Of a DNA stretch of 64,000 bases, positions 9,761 to 20,214 are shown piece after piece; position 1 is the first letter of the stretch, and each line of letters starts with the position of its first letter. Origin of the DNA: a virus (Duplodnaviria > Heunggongvirae > Uroviricota > Caudoviricetes); IMG/VR virus record IMGVR_UViG_3300035659_000001, one strand, 5' to 3'. A model generated the notes under the pieces. The model made no database searches and was not told the origin of the DNA. It saw only the letters and a list, made by a program, of their open reading frames with translations. Position numbers and translations under genes: made by a program.

Positions 9761-10786
9761 TCATAATATCTCCAGTTCATTTGGAATAAGTTTTTCTCTA
9801 AGCCAGAATTGAGATGTTTTTACATGAGATTTTCTGACCCATTTTGCGCAACATCTTCTATAGTCTTTGAATGTTATTTGATCAGCTAGTCTGATAACAT
9901 AACCTTCAACTTCATCTTTTGATTGTTGTTGATATTTATTAAATGCATCAGTTATTTCAGATTTTGTAGTAGACGTCCAGATACCTTTAAAGACTACGGG
10001 AACCACTTGAAGATTAAGTATTTCAGCGTATTGAATAGTATCATTCCAAGATAGAGAGATGTTTGCGTCATTCCATATTGAGAATATATAGAAATAAGAT
10101 TTTAGATGATGATAATGAATTGAATGCTTTGCATATAGATTTTCACCACAAATACGCCAACCAGCTGGTATTTCATGAGCAATTTGACCATGAAGTGTTT
10201 TGACCCACGATCTGCTTTCGTGATGTTTAGAATCTATAGATCTTGCATGAATATAGTCAGGATATAAGTTTGTATTTTCACCGTCAAGTTTGATTGTAAC
10301 GACAATTTCTTTGTTTAAAAAGAAATCTACATTATCATGCATTCTGTCATCATTTTGTAGATTTTCACTCCATGACACATGATAAGTTCTTGGATATTTT
10401 ATGTACGGTAGAAAAGTATCTTTAATAGATTGAGGTAGAATTTTTTGTACAGCTTCAGTATTAAATAATTCTCCTTTTATTCTTGCTCCTGATGGCAATA
10501 TTATATTGCCCCATTTGTCATAGTTTTCATCATTAAAGAAATGATCGGGTAAAATTATATTTTGAATTCTTGCTGAATATCTAAGTTCACTACAAGAGAG
10601 ATTTGTTTGTTCAGCTAATATATGACACAGATCACATAAACTAACGCCATTGTCAATATAATAACCTCCATCAGACCATAGAGATCGATCAATAATATGG
10701 TGAACAGCTGTTGCTAGCTGTTTACAAGTAACGCATAGATTATCATCTCTATGAAGAACTGATGAATTGAAAGAATCTCTATCCAT
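9761..10786 (-). CDS. HNH domain fused to an ATP-dependent RNA ligase-family domain
   Basis: N-term RD..CVTC..VHHI..NGVSLCDLCH; C-term KYPRTYH, IKLDGEN (motif I), ICGEN, EGYVIR, AKWVR. Confidence 0.85.
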   Translation of the reverse strand: MDRDSFNSSVLHRDDNLCVTCKQLATAVHHIIDRSLWSDGGYYIDNGVSLCDLCHILAEQTNLSCSELRYSARIQNIILPDHFFNDENYDKWGNIILPSGARIKGELFNTEAVQKILPQSIKDTFLPYIKYPRTYHVSWSENLQNDDRMHDNVDFFLNKEIVVTIKLDGENTNLYPDYIHARSIDSKHHESRSWVKTLHGQIAHEIPAGWRICGENLYAKHSIHYHHLKSYFYIFSIWNDANISLSWNDTIQYAEILNLQVVPVVFKGIWTSTTKSEITDAFNKYQQQSKDEVEGYVIRLADQITFKDYRRCCAKWVRKSHVKTSQFWLREKLIPNELEIL

Positions 10787-10982
10787 ATTAATTTAATCAA
10801 ATTGCTTATCAATGATAGGTCATCGAATAATTAGCCATTTTAGTTCTTCAATGTTGCAGCCACCACTACAATTTGTCCAGCTATTTTTGAGTGCAACTGA
10901 TGGAAAAACTCCAGTTACAAGTTTGACGATTGCTCTGGCAGATGTCAAACCTGATTTAGTCTTTCTGCAGATCCAGAAGCAA

Positions 10983-11426
10983 TTAATGCTTGGGATTTGA
11001 GTAACTATCGTATTGACGTTCAAAACGTACAGTTTCATAATAGTTTTCTGCAATATGTATTAATTCTGGAAATTTATTTAGACATCGTAATAATGTTAAA
11101 GCTTCAGGACTATATTGTCCGTTATACCATTTAGAAAATGTTTCACGAGGAAGTTCTAAAATTCTTTCAACATTTGATATAGTATAATCGCTTAATTGCA
11201 ATTTATCTATTATCGTTTTGACTGATTGTGCTTCAGCTAATTGTATAGCTTTTAGTCTAACTCTTTCATCTGTTATATCTATTTCACTTAAACAATTATT
11301 ACAAAATTCAGTTACTTGTTCGTAAACTGCGTCAGGTCCAAAAACTATTTTTAATGACACACTTGCTTTTTTAATTTTAACATTAGATGAATTGCAAACT
11401 TGACAGTTCATATCTTTTTCATCCAA
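10983..11426 (-). CDS. MqsA-like zinc-ribbon + HTH antitoxin/regulator
   Basis: CQVC...CNNC, then ERILELPRETFSKW..G..SPEALTLLR. Confidence 0.65.
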   Translation of the reverse strand: MDEKDMNCQVCNSSNVKIKKASVSLKIVFGPDAVYEQVTEFCNNCLSEIDITDERVRLKAIQLAEAQSVKTIIDKLQLSDYTISNVERILELPRETFSKWYNGQYSPEALTLLRCLNKFPELIHIAENYYETVRFERQYDSYSNPKH

Positions 11427-12247
11427 TTAAATGCTATTTGTTCTTTTAATTTGTTTGTAAAATATAGTTGAGCATTTGATTTAGGTAAATTAATTTTTAC
11501 GACGTTATTTTTGTTTCTGGTTTTAACGCTAACATGAATAACGTCATTTATTATTTCAAAACTTATTACATTCTTTTTTATTAATGTTGTTGTTTTATCT
11601 TGGTATGTAACTTTGAACCATTTAGAATCATCATTTATTACGATTGTTTCTCTACATTTTTTCTTATATTCAAATAATGAAGGTCCTTGAATTGTTCTTT
11701 CATGCTTTATGCAAACTTTATTTATAGCAATTAATAATTTGTTTATGTTTTCATCACCAAAACAAACCATCCAATCATTACAACAAACCCCATTACCATT
11801 GTCGATTGAATCTTTGTCATCACGAAAACATGGTTCAGTTTCAGTTACATCCCACCAAAAGTTAATATGCATGTCCCAATTACTTTTACATTCTAAATAC
11901 TCTTTAATACATACACGTTCTTTTGTACGAAAAACATTGGGATTTGAAATTAAAGCTTCTATCACCGATTTTAATTCTTCAAATTGACTTTGTCGACATA
12001 ACAAATATAGCTTATCATCATTTTGATCTTGAATACCTATAGTATTAATAACATATTGTGACCATGAATATGTCATTCTTCGTAATGAATGAGCTAAAGC
12101 ACCGAATTCAAATTCTGAAGAACCCATGTAATCATATCGTATTAATGAGTCAAGACCTTCAATTTGCTCAGTAGTAATATCTCTAAACATTCCTCGTTGA
12201 ATTAAGTTGGGTATTTCTATAGTTTTAAAGTCCATAATATTATCCAC
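11408..12247 (-). CDS. conserved hypothetical phage protein
   Basis: DYMGSSEFEFGAL motif. Confidence 0.65.
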   Translation of the reverse strand: MDNIMDFKTIEIPNLIQRGMFRDITTEQIEGLDSLIRYDYMGSSEFEFGALAHSLRRMTYSWSQYVINTIGIQDQNDDKLYLLCRQSQFEELKSVIEALISNPNVFRTKERVCIKEYLECKSNWDMHINFWWDVTETEPCFRDDKDSIDNGNGVCCNDWMVCFGDENINKLLIAINKVCIKHERTIQGPSLFEYKKKCRETIVINDDSKWFKVTYQDKTTTLIKKNVISFEIINDVIHVSVKTRNKNNVVKINLPKSNAQLYFTNKLKEQIAFNWMKKI

Positions 12248-12290
12248 AGTTAAAGTAAGCTAGAAATTTCATTCAAAGCGTCAGCAGTTT

Positions 12291-12599
12291 TCAATCTTCG
12301 GACCTTAGGTCTTTCAATTTTAACTCAAGAGCTTTAATTTTTTTATCTTCAACAGTCCACTTGATGATTGCAACTTTAAGCTTAAAATCATCAATCCATT
12401 CTTCAATAGAAAAACCATTAATTTTAATCTCCTTTAATCTATTAGTGTAACATTTGGAAAATGTTTTTTTTGCTAATTCTTCAGGTGAGCAGTTTTCAGA
12501 ATATTTTTCTTTTAAGCTTTTACACATATCACACATTTCAGCATTAGTTGCAGGATCACGATTACACCAAATATGATGACCATTATTCGTCTGGTACAT
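12291..12599 (-). CDS. hypothetical protein
   Basis: ORF track. Confidence 0.45.
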   Translation of the reverse strand: MYQTNNGHHIWCNRDPATNAEMCDMCKSLKEKYSENCSPEELAKKTFSKCYTNRLKEIKINGFSIEEWIDDFKLKVAIIKWTVEDKKIKALELKLKDLRSED

Positions 12600-12867
12600 T
12601 TTGTTTATTTAGTAATTTTAAACTTTCTTCATATTCATATAAACTTGTTTTCGTACGTTGAATAACATCTTTAAGAAAATTTTTTATTCTGACAGCTTGT
12701 TCATCTGTGACTTGAACAGTGTCATAGCACGAAAATTGAATCTTTTTTGATTCATCATTTACTTCATGACAAATGAGTCTTGTATTAGCAAAGCCTTCAT
12801 ATTTATATTGTACATCATTTTTAAAAAATATACCATCATAAACATGTGCTATACTGATATTTTTCAT
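12583..12867 (-). CDS. hypothetical protein
   Basis: ORF track. Confidence 0.55.
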   Translation of the reverse strand: MKNISIAHVYDGIFFKNDVQYKYEGFANTRLICHEVNDESKKIQFSCYDTVQVTDEQAVRIKNFLKDVIQRTKTSLYEYEESLKLLNKQNVPDE

Positions 12868-13059
12868 TCTGCTGCCAGTTTTTGAAAAAAAGTGTCTATC
12901 ATTTTTACTATAAACTGTCGCTTTGCTTCATATTTTGTAGGCCTAATTGCTTTTAATGTAACACAAAGATTGTTAAACTTCAATATTTCACGAGCTTTTC
13001 CCGCTTTTGAATAAATTATATCACCAACTTTAAGTGATGACTATTCTTCAAATGTCATA

Positions 13060-13791
13060 TTATCCTATATGCTCAGTATTGGACATTTTAAAACCACATG
13101 TTTTACATACGTATATTTTTAAAATGTTGTCAATAGATAATTCTTTAGCATCTATATCAAAATTTGTACCATAACATTTTGGACAAACTTCTTTGAATTC
13201 TTTTACTGAACAACCCATACTAATATGTTGAAGCTCATATAATTTACTCCAACATTCTTTACATAGATTTATTAATTGAATACCATAAACTGTTGAAACA
13301 CATGCTTGCTTTTCTGCATAATTTGAGCATTCTTTTACAGCACATTCAGTTGACATTGAACTTGAGCATAAACTGTGATTTATATGTGCCTTGATGTCTG
13401 AAATTATTTTTGAATGATCGAATGCAAGAACAGGAAGTTTTTCAAGAGAGAACCATTGAAATTCTTTTGCATCGTCTGCTGCTTTAATATTTAGTGAGCT
13501 AATAATTACAGGTTCAATTATAGTTACGAAACAAACTGAAATGACTCTTTGCCGAGGATCTCTCAATGGCTGACTATACACTTTAAATTGTTGCAATGAT
13601 ATTGAGTGCTTGACAACATCTATTGAAGTTTCTTCAAGCAATTCTCTTTTAGCTGCAGTTTCAACTGCTTCATTTTCCTCAATAAAGCCGCCAGGAATAG
13701 CCCAGCAATCTTTAAATGGATCATTTTTTCTTTTGATGAGTAAGATATTGTTGTTTGAAATTATCGCAATGTCAACAGTAATTGCTAGCAT
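13060..13791 (-). CDS. NUDIX hydrolase (ADP-ribose pyrophosphatase/NrtR-type) with C-terminal Cys-rich zinc domains
   Basis: WAIPGGFIEENEAVETAAKRELLEET Nudix box, RDPR, AADDA, LAFDH; CxxC pairs at the C-terminus. Confidence 0.9.
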   Translation of the reverse strand: MLAITVDIAIISNNNILLIKRKNDPFKDCWAIPGGFIEENEAVETAAKRELLEETSIDVVKHSISLQQFKVYSQPLRDPRQRVISVCFVTIIEPVIISSLNIKAADDAKEFQWFSLEKLPVLAFDHSKIISDIKAHINHSLCSSSMSTECAVKECSNYAEKQACVSTVYGIQLINLCKECWSKLYELQHISMGCSVKEFKEVCPKCYGTNFDIDAKELSIDNILKIYVCKTCGFKMSNTEHIG

Positions 13792-14270
13792 TATTTAATC
13801 CGTTTCATGAAAGTAAGTGAGGATTTTTTGATAATATTAGATTTGAATATTTGTGCTATATTTTCATTAGGATTTTTCATGCGCTTCTCTTGGTCTTTTG
13901 CTAATTTATATTTTTCTTTACTAAGATCGGCATGTTTTAATCTTTTTACACTTAATACAATAATATTGTTTGTCTGATTGTCAATTTTATTTACTTTACC
14001 GACAAATGAGCCTTTTGTAGTGTATAGACAATATTTAGTAAATGTACGATCACTAAAGCCTATTGATAATGAAGTTTTGTCTAACATCTTTCTTATTTTT
14101 GCAATTTGCTGTGGCACTCGCTTCAATGAAATTTGAAACATTTTTGCAACTTGCTCTTTAGAAACACAAGCACCTTGTGAAATAGAACTAATAAATAATC
14201 TTTCAAGACTAGTAGGTTTTCGTATCCGGTACTTGCATAGTCGATATTCAGTTGGATATTTTTGATTCAT
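13791..14270 (-). CDS. basic putative DNA-binding (HTH-like) protein
   Basis: VSKEQVAKMFQISLKRV..QIAKIRKML. Confidence 0.45.
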   Translation of the reverse strand: MNQKYPTEYRLCKYRIRKPTSLERLFISSISQGACVSKEQVAKMFQISLKRVPQQIAKIRKMLDKTSLSIGFSDRTFTKYCLYTTKGSFVGKVNKIDNQTNNIIVLSVKRLKHADLSKEKYKLAKDQEKRMKNPNENIAQIFKSNIIKKSSLTFMKRIK

Positions 14271-14290
14271 AGTGTCAATGTCTCTTAAAA

Positions 14291-15337
14291 TTATCTGAAA
14301 GAAAAGCTTGAGCCTGCATAAGGATCATTTCTTAACGACTTAAGTTTTTGTATTGGAGCTTTTTCACCTTTTGAACTGACCAGTGACAAATATATATAGT
14401 GATCATTTCCATGAGCAACGCCCTGACCAATAAAATCACTATTTTCAAGCTTTAGCATTGTCAGTTCATTAATGTTGTCCAATTTTGATGAGGTGACTTC
14501 TGCACTAATTGATGAATTAATAGCTGATTCAAGATTACCATAAAAATCATTTTTCATTGTAGAATACGCAGCTACTAAGTCATCTAATGATGAAACGCTT
14601 GCTGCATTAATTGATGGATTTATTTCTACAGAAGTTCCATTATCAGCAAGTCTTATTGCTTCTGCTCCATAACTGTCTCGAATTAATGCTCTCCATAGTT
14701 TTTTCCATGAATCATATTTTGGCATTATATCAATTGCTATTAATTCATTGTTAATGAACACAATAGCACCGACTTGTTTTTCGACAGGTTCAAATTGTGC
14801 GACAAATTGAGACAATTTATCTTCAAATTTTGAATAGAACATAAACAGACCATCATTTTTACAATCAATTTTATTTGACCATTTGCTTAATGATTCCCAT
14901 AATGTGCCTGTGTCTGCAGATCTATCTGTATTTTTCTTTAAGGCAATGCCTCTCAATGAAGGTGGCAATATTTTAAAACTTGATTGATCAAGCTTTGTGC
15001 AATCAAACGTACCACATTGACGTGATTGCACGCAGTTTGCTGGAACTGCTTTTGAAGTTTTTGAGTTAAGTAATTTGCCGAATGGAATTGTTCTATCTTG
15101 AGCTTTTTGATTAGGCTCAATCATCGTCCATCCTTGCAAAACAATACCAATATGACCACTTGAATTTTGAAATTCCATTGAATTATATGCGACATCCTGT
15201 TTTAATGTGACTTCATTAACGTCAGCTACATTAGTGAATTCAGTTTCACTTATAATGGGAATGACTGTCATATTGGCAACAGATTGAATGTTTTTTCTAT
15301 CGACTGTGTAACCTTTTAGTACATCTTTAATTTGCAT
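14291..15337 (-). CDS. ARPP-1/DUF6569-like protein
   Basis: NMTVIPI, AQDR, VPANCVQ, QFE.V..QVGAIVFIN. Confidence 0.6.
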   Translation of the reverse strand: MQIKDVLKGYTVDRKNIQSVANMTVIPIISETEFTNVADVNEVTLKQDVAYNSMEFQNSSGHIGIVLQGWTMIEPNQKAQDRTIPFGKLLNSKTSKAVPANCVQSRQCGTFDCTKLDQSSFKILPPSLRGIALKKNTDRSADTGTLWESLSKWSNKIDCKNDGLFMFYSKFEDKLSQFVAQFEPVEKQVGAIVFINNELIAIDIMPKYDSWKKLWRALIRDSYGAEAIRLADNGTSVEINPSINAASVSSLDDLVAAYSTMKNDFYGNLESAINSSISAEVTSSKLDNINELTMLKLENSDFIGQGVAHGNDHYIYLSLVSSKGEKAPIQKLKSLRNDPYAGSSFSFR

Positions 15338-15592
15338 TTATTGCCTCTTTTCTAAACTGTCAAGTTTATATAATTCTCGTTTAACTTTATTTGAAAACGT
15401 TGATGAATGAATTGCTTTTGCAATAGCTTTAGCGTTTATGCTGTCATTATCATGTCTTACAGCATTTTTTACTTCATTAACAACATTGCATTGAACTACT
15501 TGCTTATACACAATGCACACAACATAAAACATTATTGCTGCAAGCATCGCTACTAATGTACTTGTTAGCATCTCTTTAAAATGTTTGTTCAT
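15338..15592 (-). CDS. small membrane protein
   Basis: One hydrophobic helix. Confidence 0.55.
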   Translation of the reverse strand: MNKHFKEMLTSTLVAMLAAIMFYVVCIVYKQVVQCNVVNEVKNAVRHDNDSINAKAIAKAIHSSTFSNKVKRELYKLDSLEKRQ

Positions 15593-17250
15593 TTTGATTC
15601 CAAAATGTTATTGCCAGATAATAAGCTTTTGACTGCTTGCGGCATTAATCTTAAAGCTTTGTCACTTTGCAATGTCAGTAAATGATTCAAGTACTTTGTT
15701 GCTGCAAGCAACGGTCGTTGTTTTGCAATAGCTAAAAACATTACTTCATTAAGTGATGATATTGATCGTATTCCAACTGATGAAGCAATATTTGAAATTG
15801 ATCTAACATCTTTTGCTTCAGCTGCAAACACTGGATTAAAATGCAATACCATTAATTTATTTTTAGTGTCAATTTTACTCTTATATGTAAACAATATTTG
15901 ATGAACAGCTCCTGCAAACGGTGCATTCTCATATCCATCACCTATCATTACTATAGTTGTACAACCGTCTTGTAATGCTTTAATTAATGCATCGCTATAA
16001 TTAGATTGGTCTTTAAGCAATGGAAATAAATATTTATCATCACTTTCTGACGTTTTATATTCTTTAAAACCATTTGAAACATGTTTTAGTATTGCACTTA
16101 TAGCCATACCACGAAGTAATGGATGAAATTTTTGATCATCAGTGCCAATCATACTCTTTGATGTATCTAAAATAACTGCAACATTATCTAAAGTAAAAGA
16201 TAAATGTTTTGCGATTGCTGTAGCTTTTTCATCAAGCAACTGTTTAAGTTTTGTAACTGACATAGGCAGTTCTGTCTTATTCATTACAGCTGAATGCAGA
16301 TAAATAAGAGAATCCATAAGATCAGTTTTTCTTATATCAAAGCCAGTGCTTGCTCCAGCGGCTTTTACCGATAGGTCTTTTGTGCGTTTTTCTTTTGCTG
16401 TGAACTGTCCGCCTTCATTTGAGAATAAATTTAAAAATTGCTCAGATGTAAGGCTGAATTTTTTAGTAAAACCTTCAGCAACAGTTACAGGTAATTTTAC
16501 CAACTTACTTTGATCACCGTTTTGTACATCAACATAGTCTTTTATAAGTTCAGGACATTTATCATATTCATTATATTTTAAATATCTCCAAATAAATGTT
16601 AGCATTTCTTTGTCTTCATTTTCAAAACGACTATAATTAATATGAGAATGTCTAAGAATTCTTTTGAAATCTTTTCTGTATTTAATAGCCCATAATGGCC
16701 AGTTTTTTTTATTTTTACGAAGATATTCATGAATTAAGAAAATGGCTCGTTTCTTTGTAACTCTCTTTTCTTGAAGCATTGAAAAGAAGTCGAATACTCG
16801 AGTTACAGGCATATTTTCAAATATCTGTAAAATTAATTCGTTCTCCCACATTGTTTGTTGTGAGTATTGATGTGTGATGCCTTTACTATCTTTATACATA
16901 TCAACAGCTTTTTCTGAGTGCTCAATTAACGTCCAGGCAATCAATTGTTTATTAACGTCATTAGTGCCTTGTGGTAACATCATCAACGTATAAAATGGTC
17001 TAACAGCATTAAAGATAGGCTCGTGCATGCTCGCTAATGACTGTTGTTGTTCTTCAGCCATGTTGTAGAATGTTGATTTGCCTATATTAGTTTGAACGGC
17101 AGAGATAAAGGATAACAACATGTCTGGTGCTAATTGACCTTGTGATTGTTCGAACAATTTTACGGATACGTTCTTTTTAACGACAGGTTTTGTTGTTACT
17201 TTTGTTGTTATTTTAGTTTTTTTCTTTTTTTCAACTGAAGATTTTTGCAT
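15589..17250 (-). CDS. vWA-domain protein with helical N-terminus (TROVE/Ro60-like architecture)
   Basis: VAVILDTSKSM (DxSxS) and IVMIGDGYEN MIDAS motifs. Confidence 0.65.
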   Translation of the reverse strand: MQKSSVEKKKKTKITTKVTTKPVVKKNVSVKLFEQSQGQLAPDMLLSFISAVQTNIGKSTFYNMAEEQQQSLASMHEPIFNAVRPFYTLMMLPQGTNDVNKQLIAWTLIEHSEKAVDMYKDSKGITHQYSQQTMWENELILQIFENMPVTRVFDFFSMLQEKRVTKKRAIFLIHEYLRKNKKNWPLWAIKYRKDFKRILRHSHINYSRFENEDKEMLTFIWRYLKYNEYDKCPELIKDYVDVQNGDQSKLVKLPVTVAEGFTKKFSLTSEQFLNLFSNEGGQFTAKEKRTKDLSVKAAGASTGFDIRKTDLMDSLIYLHSAVMNKTELPMSVTKLKQLLDEKATAIAKHLSFTLDNVAVILDTSKSMIGTDDQKFHPLLRGMAISAILKHVSNGFKEYKTSESDDKYLFPLLKDQSNYSDALIKALQDGCTTIVMIGDGYENAPFAGAVHQILFTYKSKIDTKNKLMVLHFNPVFAAEAKDVRSISNIASSVGIRSISSLNEVMFLAIAKQRPLLAATKYLNHLLTLQSDKALRLMPQAVKSLLSGNNILESK

Positions 17251-17649
17251 TATTGTCTCCTATATATAATTAAGTATTATTCGTTAATCATTATATTTTG
17301 CAAAGCTGATTAAAATTATAATAAACATTATTTTGCAACAGCTTTACGATTCTTAAAACAGTAGAACAAACTATGCAACTATATGAATCATTACAATGTG
17401 TAACTTCTCTCTTCAATGTTTCTATTTACAGCTAGATTATGTAAATAAAATCTTTATCAATTAATCAATTTTAAATGGTGATAAATTAAAAATATGAAAA
17501 ATGAAGAAGACAAATTAATTGATTTTATTAATGAACCAAAAATATCATTACAACAATTATGGTCAGAACCTTTAAGAGAATCAATCGTATTTATGAATAA
17601 AGAAGATTTTGATGAATTAGCAAAATTTGCTGAGACAGAATGAGGAACT

Positions 17650-18258
17650 ATGCCACTTTATAATAATCCAGAAGAATTACTACAAGACGCAATAAAAAAA
17701 GGTCTTGTAAATATTGAATATTGTGTCATTGAAACTAATCAAGCTACTATTCATGTGCCTCATAGTCTTCACATTTTAGATGAAGTAAAGTGGTCTGATT
17801 TTCTTAAACATATTGTTAGTAATTCAGATTGTAAACAAGAAATTGATTATGCAGAAAATGCTTTAAAAGTATTTTATAGATATCAAAAAGAATTTATTGC
17901 TAGTAATGCTACTGTAATTTCCATTGATGATATTATCAATTTAACTATTACATTAGATAGATGTGAATCTGTTGATGAATTTTTAAGTTTACTGAATATT
18001 GTTAAAGAAGAAAAGAAAATTAAAAAAAAGAACAAATCAACTTTAAGATGGAAAAAGCCTGTATTTGTAAATGATTTTTATAGATATCATTCGTACGACA
18101 CAGACTGGTACATTCAAAGACAACTAATATTTAAAGCTTCAGGTGGTATAATGTACTACTACTCTATATTTAATTCTTCATCAAATGAAATAGCTAGATT
18201 TGATAAATTAAAGGATGCAAAAAAACGTATAACTGATTTTATCAAGAAATTTGCATAG
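17650..18258 (+). CDS. hypothetical protein
   Basis: ORF track; GAGG RBS. Confidence 0.6.
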   Translation: MPLYNNPEELLQDAIKKGLVNIEYCVIETNQATIHVPHSLHILDEVKWSDFLKHIVSNSDCKQEIDYAENALKVFYRYQKEFIASNATVISIDDIINLTITLDRCESVDEFLSLLNIVKEEKKIKKKNKSTLRWKKPVFVNDFYRYHSYDTDWYIQRQLIFKASGGIMYYYSIFNSSSNEIARFDKLKDAKKRITDFIKKFA

Positions 18259-18284
18259 CTATTATCATCCATAAGGAGTAGAGT

Positions 18285-18518
18285 ATGGGTGCTGATTTTA
18301 AAGAATTTATAGACGCTGAAAGACAAGCAATTGAAGTTGCAAAATGGATTCAAGGTGAAAAGATTCAATCAGATCCAGGCAAACCTTTTGCTGCGCAATG
18401 GATACAGCAGCATGCAAAGAATTTCAAAGAAGCATGGGACAAGTCATGTTGTAAATTGTGCAAAAAAAAATGTAAACATAATAACATAATTGATTGCAAT
18501 AATTTTGAACAATCATGA
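18285..18518 (+). CDS. DUF4032-like small protein with Cys tail
   Basis: I..AKWI.GEK...DPG.....WI..HA..F. Confidence 0.45.
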   Translation: MGADFKEFIDAERQAIEVAKWIQGEKIQSDPGKPFAAQWIQQHAKNFKEAWDKSCCKLCKKKCKHNNIIDCNNFEQS

Positions 18519-18784
18519 TTAAAACATATTTAATAGTAAAACATGTAAATGGTATTCATGCAAGACCATCATCTCTTATTGTAAGAAAATTAGAATCATT
18601 TGAATCATCTGTAACATTTACATGTGAAAATACTACTGTTGATGCTAGAAGTATATTGTCATTATTAAGTTTGTCTGCTGATCACAATGCTGAAATAGAG
18701 GTTATTATTAAAGGTTACGATGAGAATCAAGTGTTAGAAATGTTAACAACTATTTTTGAAAACGAGTTTATTGAAGCATTTTAA
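18515..18784 (+). CDS. ptsH: HPr-family phosphocarrier protein
   Basis: GIHARPSS (His15) and VDARSILSLLSL (Ser46); 89 aa. Confidence 0.9.
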   Translation: MIKTYLIVKHVNGIHARPSSLIVRKLESFESSVTFTCENTTVDARSILSLLSLSADHNAEIEVIIKGYDENQVLEMLTTIFENEFIEAF

Positions 18785-19350
18785 AATGAAGATTAGGTTT
18801 TATTTCTTCGATCAAAGATCTTTTTACTGCAGTTATTTAAAATAACCTCGACATATAAGGTAATTGATTCAATAAAATTCACATAATAATGATAAAAGTT
18901 TCAAGAATGTCAAGGTTTTTATGAAAAAGTTGTGGATATAAACAGCTTAAGGCATTTTGTTTGATATAAAATATTAAACAAATCTAAAAACTTTATTAAA
19001 GAAATCCTATACAATTTAGAATTTTTTATTGTAATTTTTAATTTAACAACTTATTAAAAGTAACATTAGCAATAAATTCTTCCAATGACTTATAGCTAAC
19101 AATAATAAACTAATTAAATTTAAAATTACAAGAAAATTATATATCAAATACATTTTTAATTTTACAAATATCATAAAGAATATAATCTTAACATATTTTT
19201 CTTTCTTTTCATTGTGAAGTCACTTGATTAAGTAAGTCTTAAATAAATGACTGCAGCAAAAAGATTTTTAATCGAAGAATAAGAATATGTTTAAGAATAC
19301 TTAAATCTTAATTGTTGTTTTGCATATTATAAGATTAAAACGGAGGACTT

Positions 19351-20214
19351 ATGAATATACCTAATGCAAGCGATTTTGTTACTACTACTTCTGCTATAAC
19401 ATCTTTTAGATTGGATGTTTCTGCAGGTACTGCTACAAGTATTGGTTATTATGTTTCAGATGATGTTGAAACGAATAATGAAACTTTAATAATGTTTCCA
19501 GATTACATTAAACCAACAAACGTTTATAGAAAAGTACGACCAAAGTTTTCAAAGAAAAAACGTGGCGACGTTTCAAATGCTAATCATCCAGATAATAGAC
19601 TCAAAGTTTTAGAGCCTATAGTCATTTTTAAATTCATTAAAAATCGTTTTAACTTACTACAACAGAAAAAGCTTAGTACAAGACTTGAAAAAGTCTGTGA
19701 GTTGCTACAAGTCGCAGAATCATGTCAACAGATTGCTCTTCGCGATAAAATAAAAGAAAAATTTGGTAAATTCTTGCGTGAACAAGAGATAATTTCATGT
19801 GGATTTACCCATTATATTGATAAAGTTACTCTTCAACGTTTTATTGACAGAAGTAGTAAAAAAATTATTAAATTGACGAAGCTTAAAAACTACATAAGAG
19901 TGATTCCCAAAAATGTGAGAGTAAAACTTGAAAGAGCTCAAAAAGCTAAATTGTTTGATGAATATGTTGTTTTACATACAGATCCAGACAATAAAGCTAT
20001 TGAAAAAACAAAAGAAGAAAAGAAAGACCCAATTCTTTTTGGCATTGTTAATGAATCACTTTTATATTATGTAGTAGGTGACTGGGTTGATAAATATTGT
20101 GATATCACAATGGATAAAATTTTTGCAGAACTATCAGAAGATAAAGATAATTTTGAAATTGAACCTGATGTAAAAGTTGCTTTAGATAATGTTATGTCAG
20201 AAGAGCATGAATAA
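19351..20214 (+). CDS. conserved hypothetical phage protein
   Basis: C-terminal KKDPILFG...YYVVGDW motif, shared with 24313-25131. Confidence 0.65.
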   Translation: MNIPNASDFVTTTSAITSFRLDVSAGTATSIGYYVSDDVETNNETLIMFPDYIKPTNVYRKVRPKFSKKKRGDVSNANHPDNRLKVLEPIVIFKFIKNRFNLLQQKKLSTRLEKVCELLQVAESCQQIALRDKIKEKFGKFLREQEIISCGFTHYIDKVTLQRFIDRSSKKIIKLTKLKNYIRVIPKNVRVKLERAQKAKLFDEYVVLHTDPDNKAIEKTKEEKKDPILFGIVNESLLYYVVGDWVDKYCDITMDKIFAELSEDKDNFEIEPDVKVALDNVMSEEHE

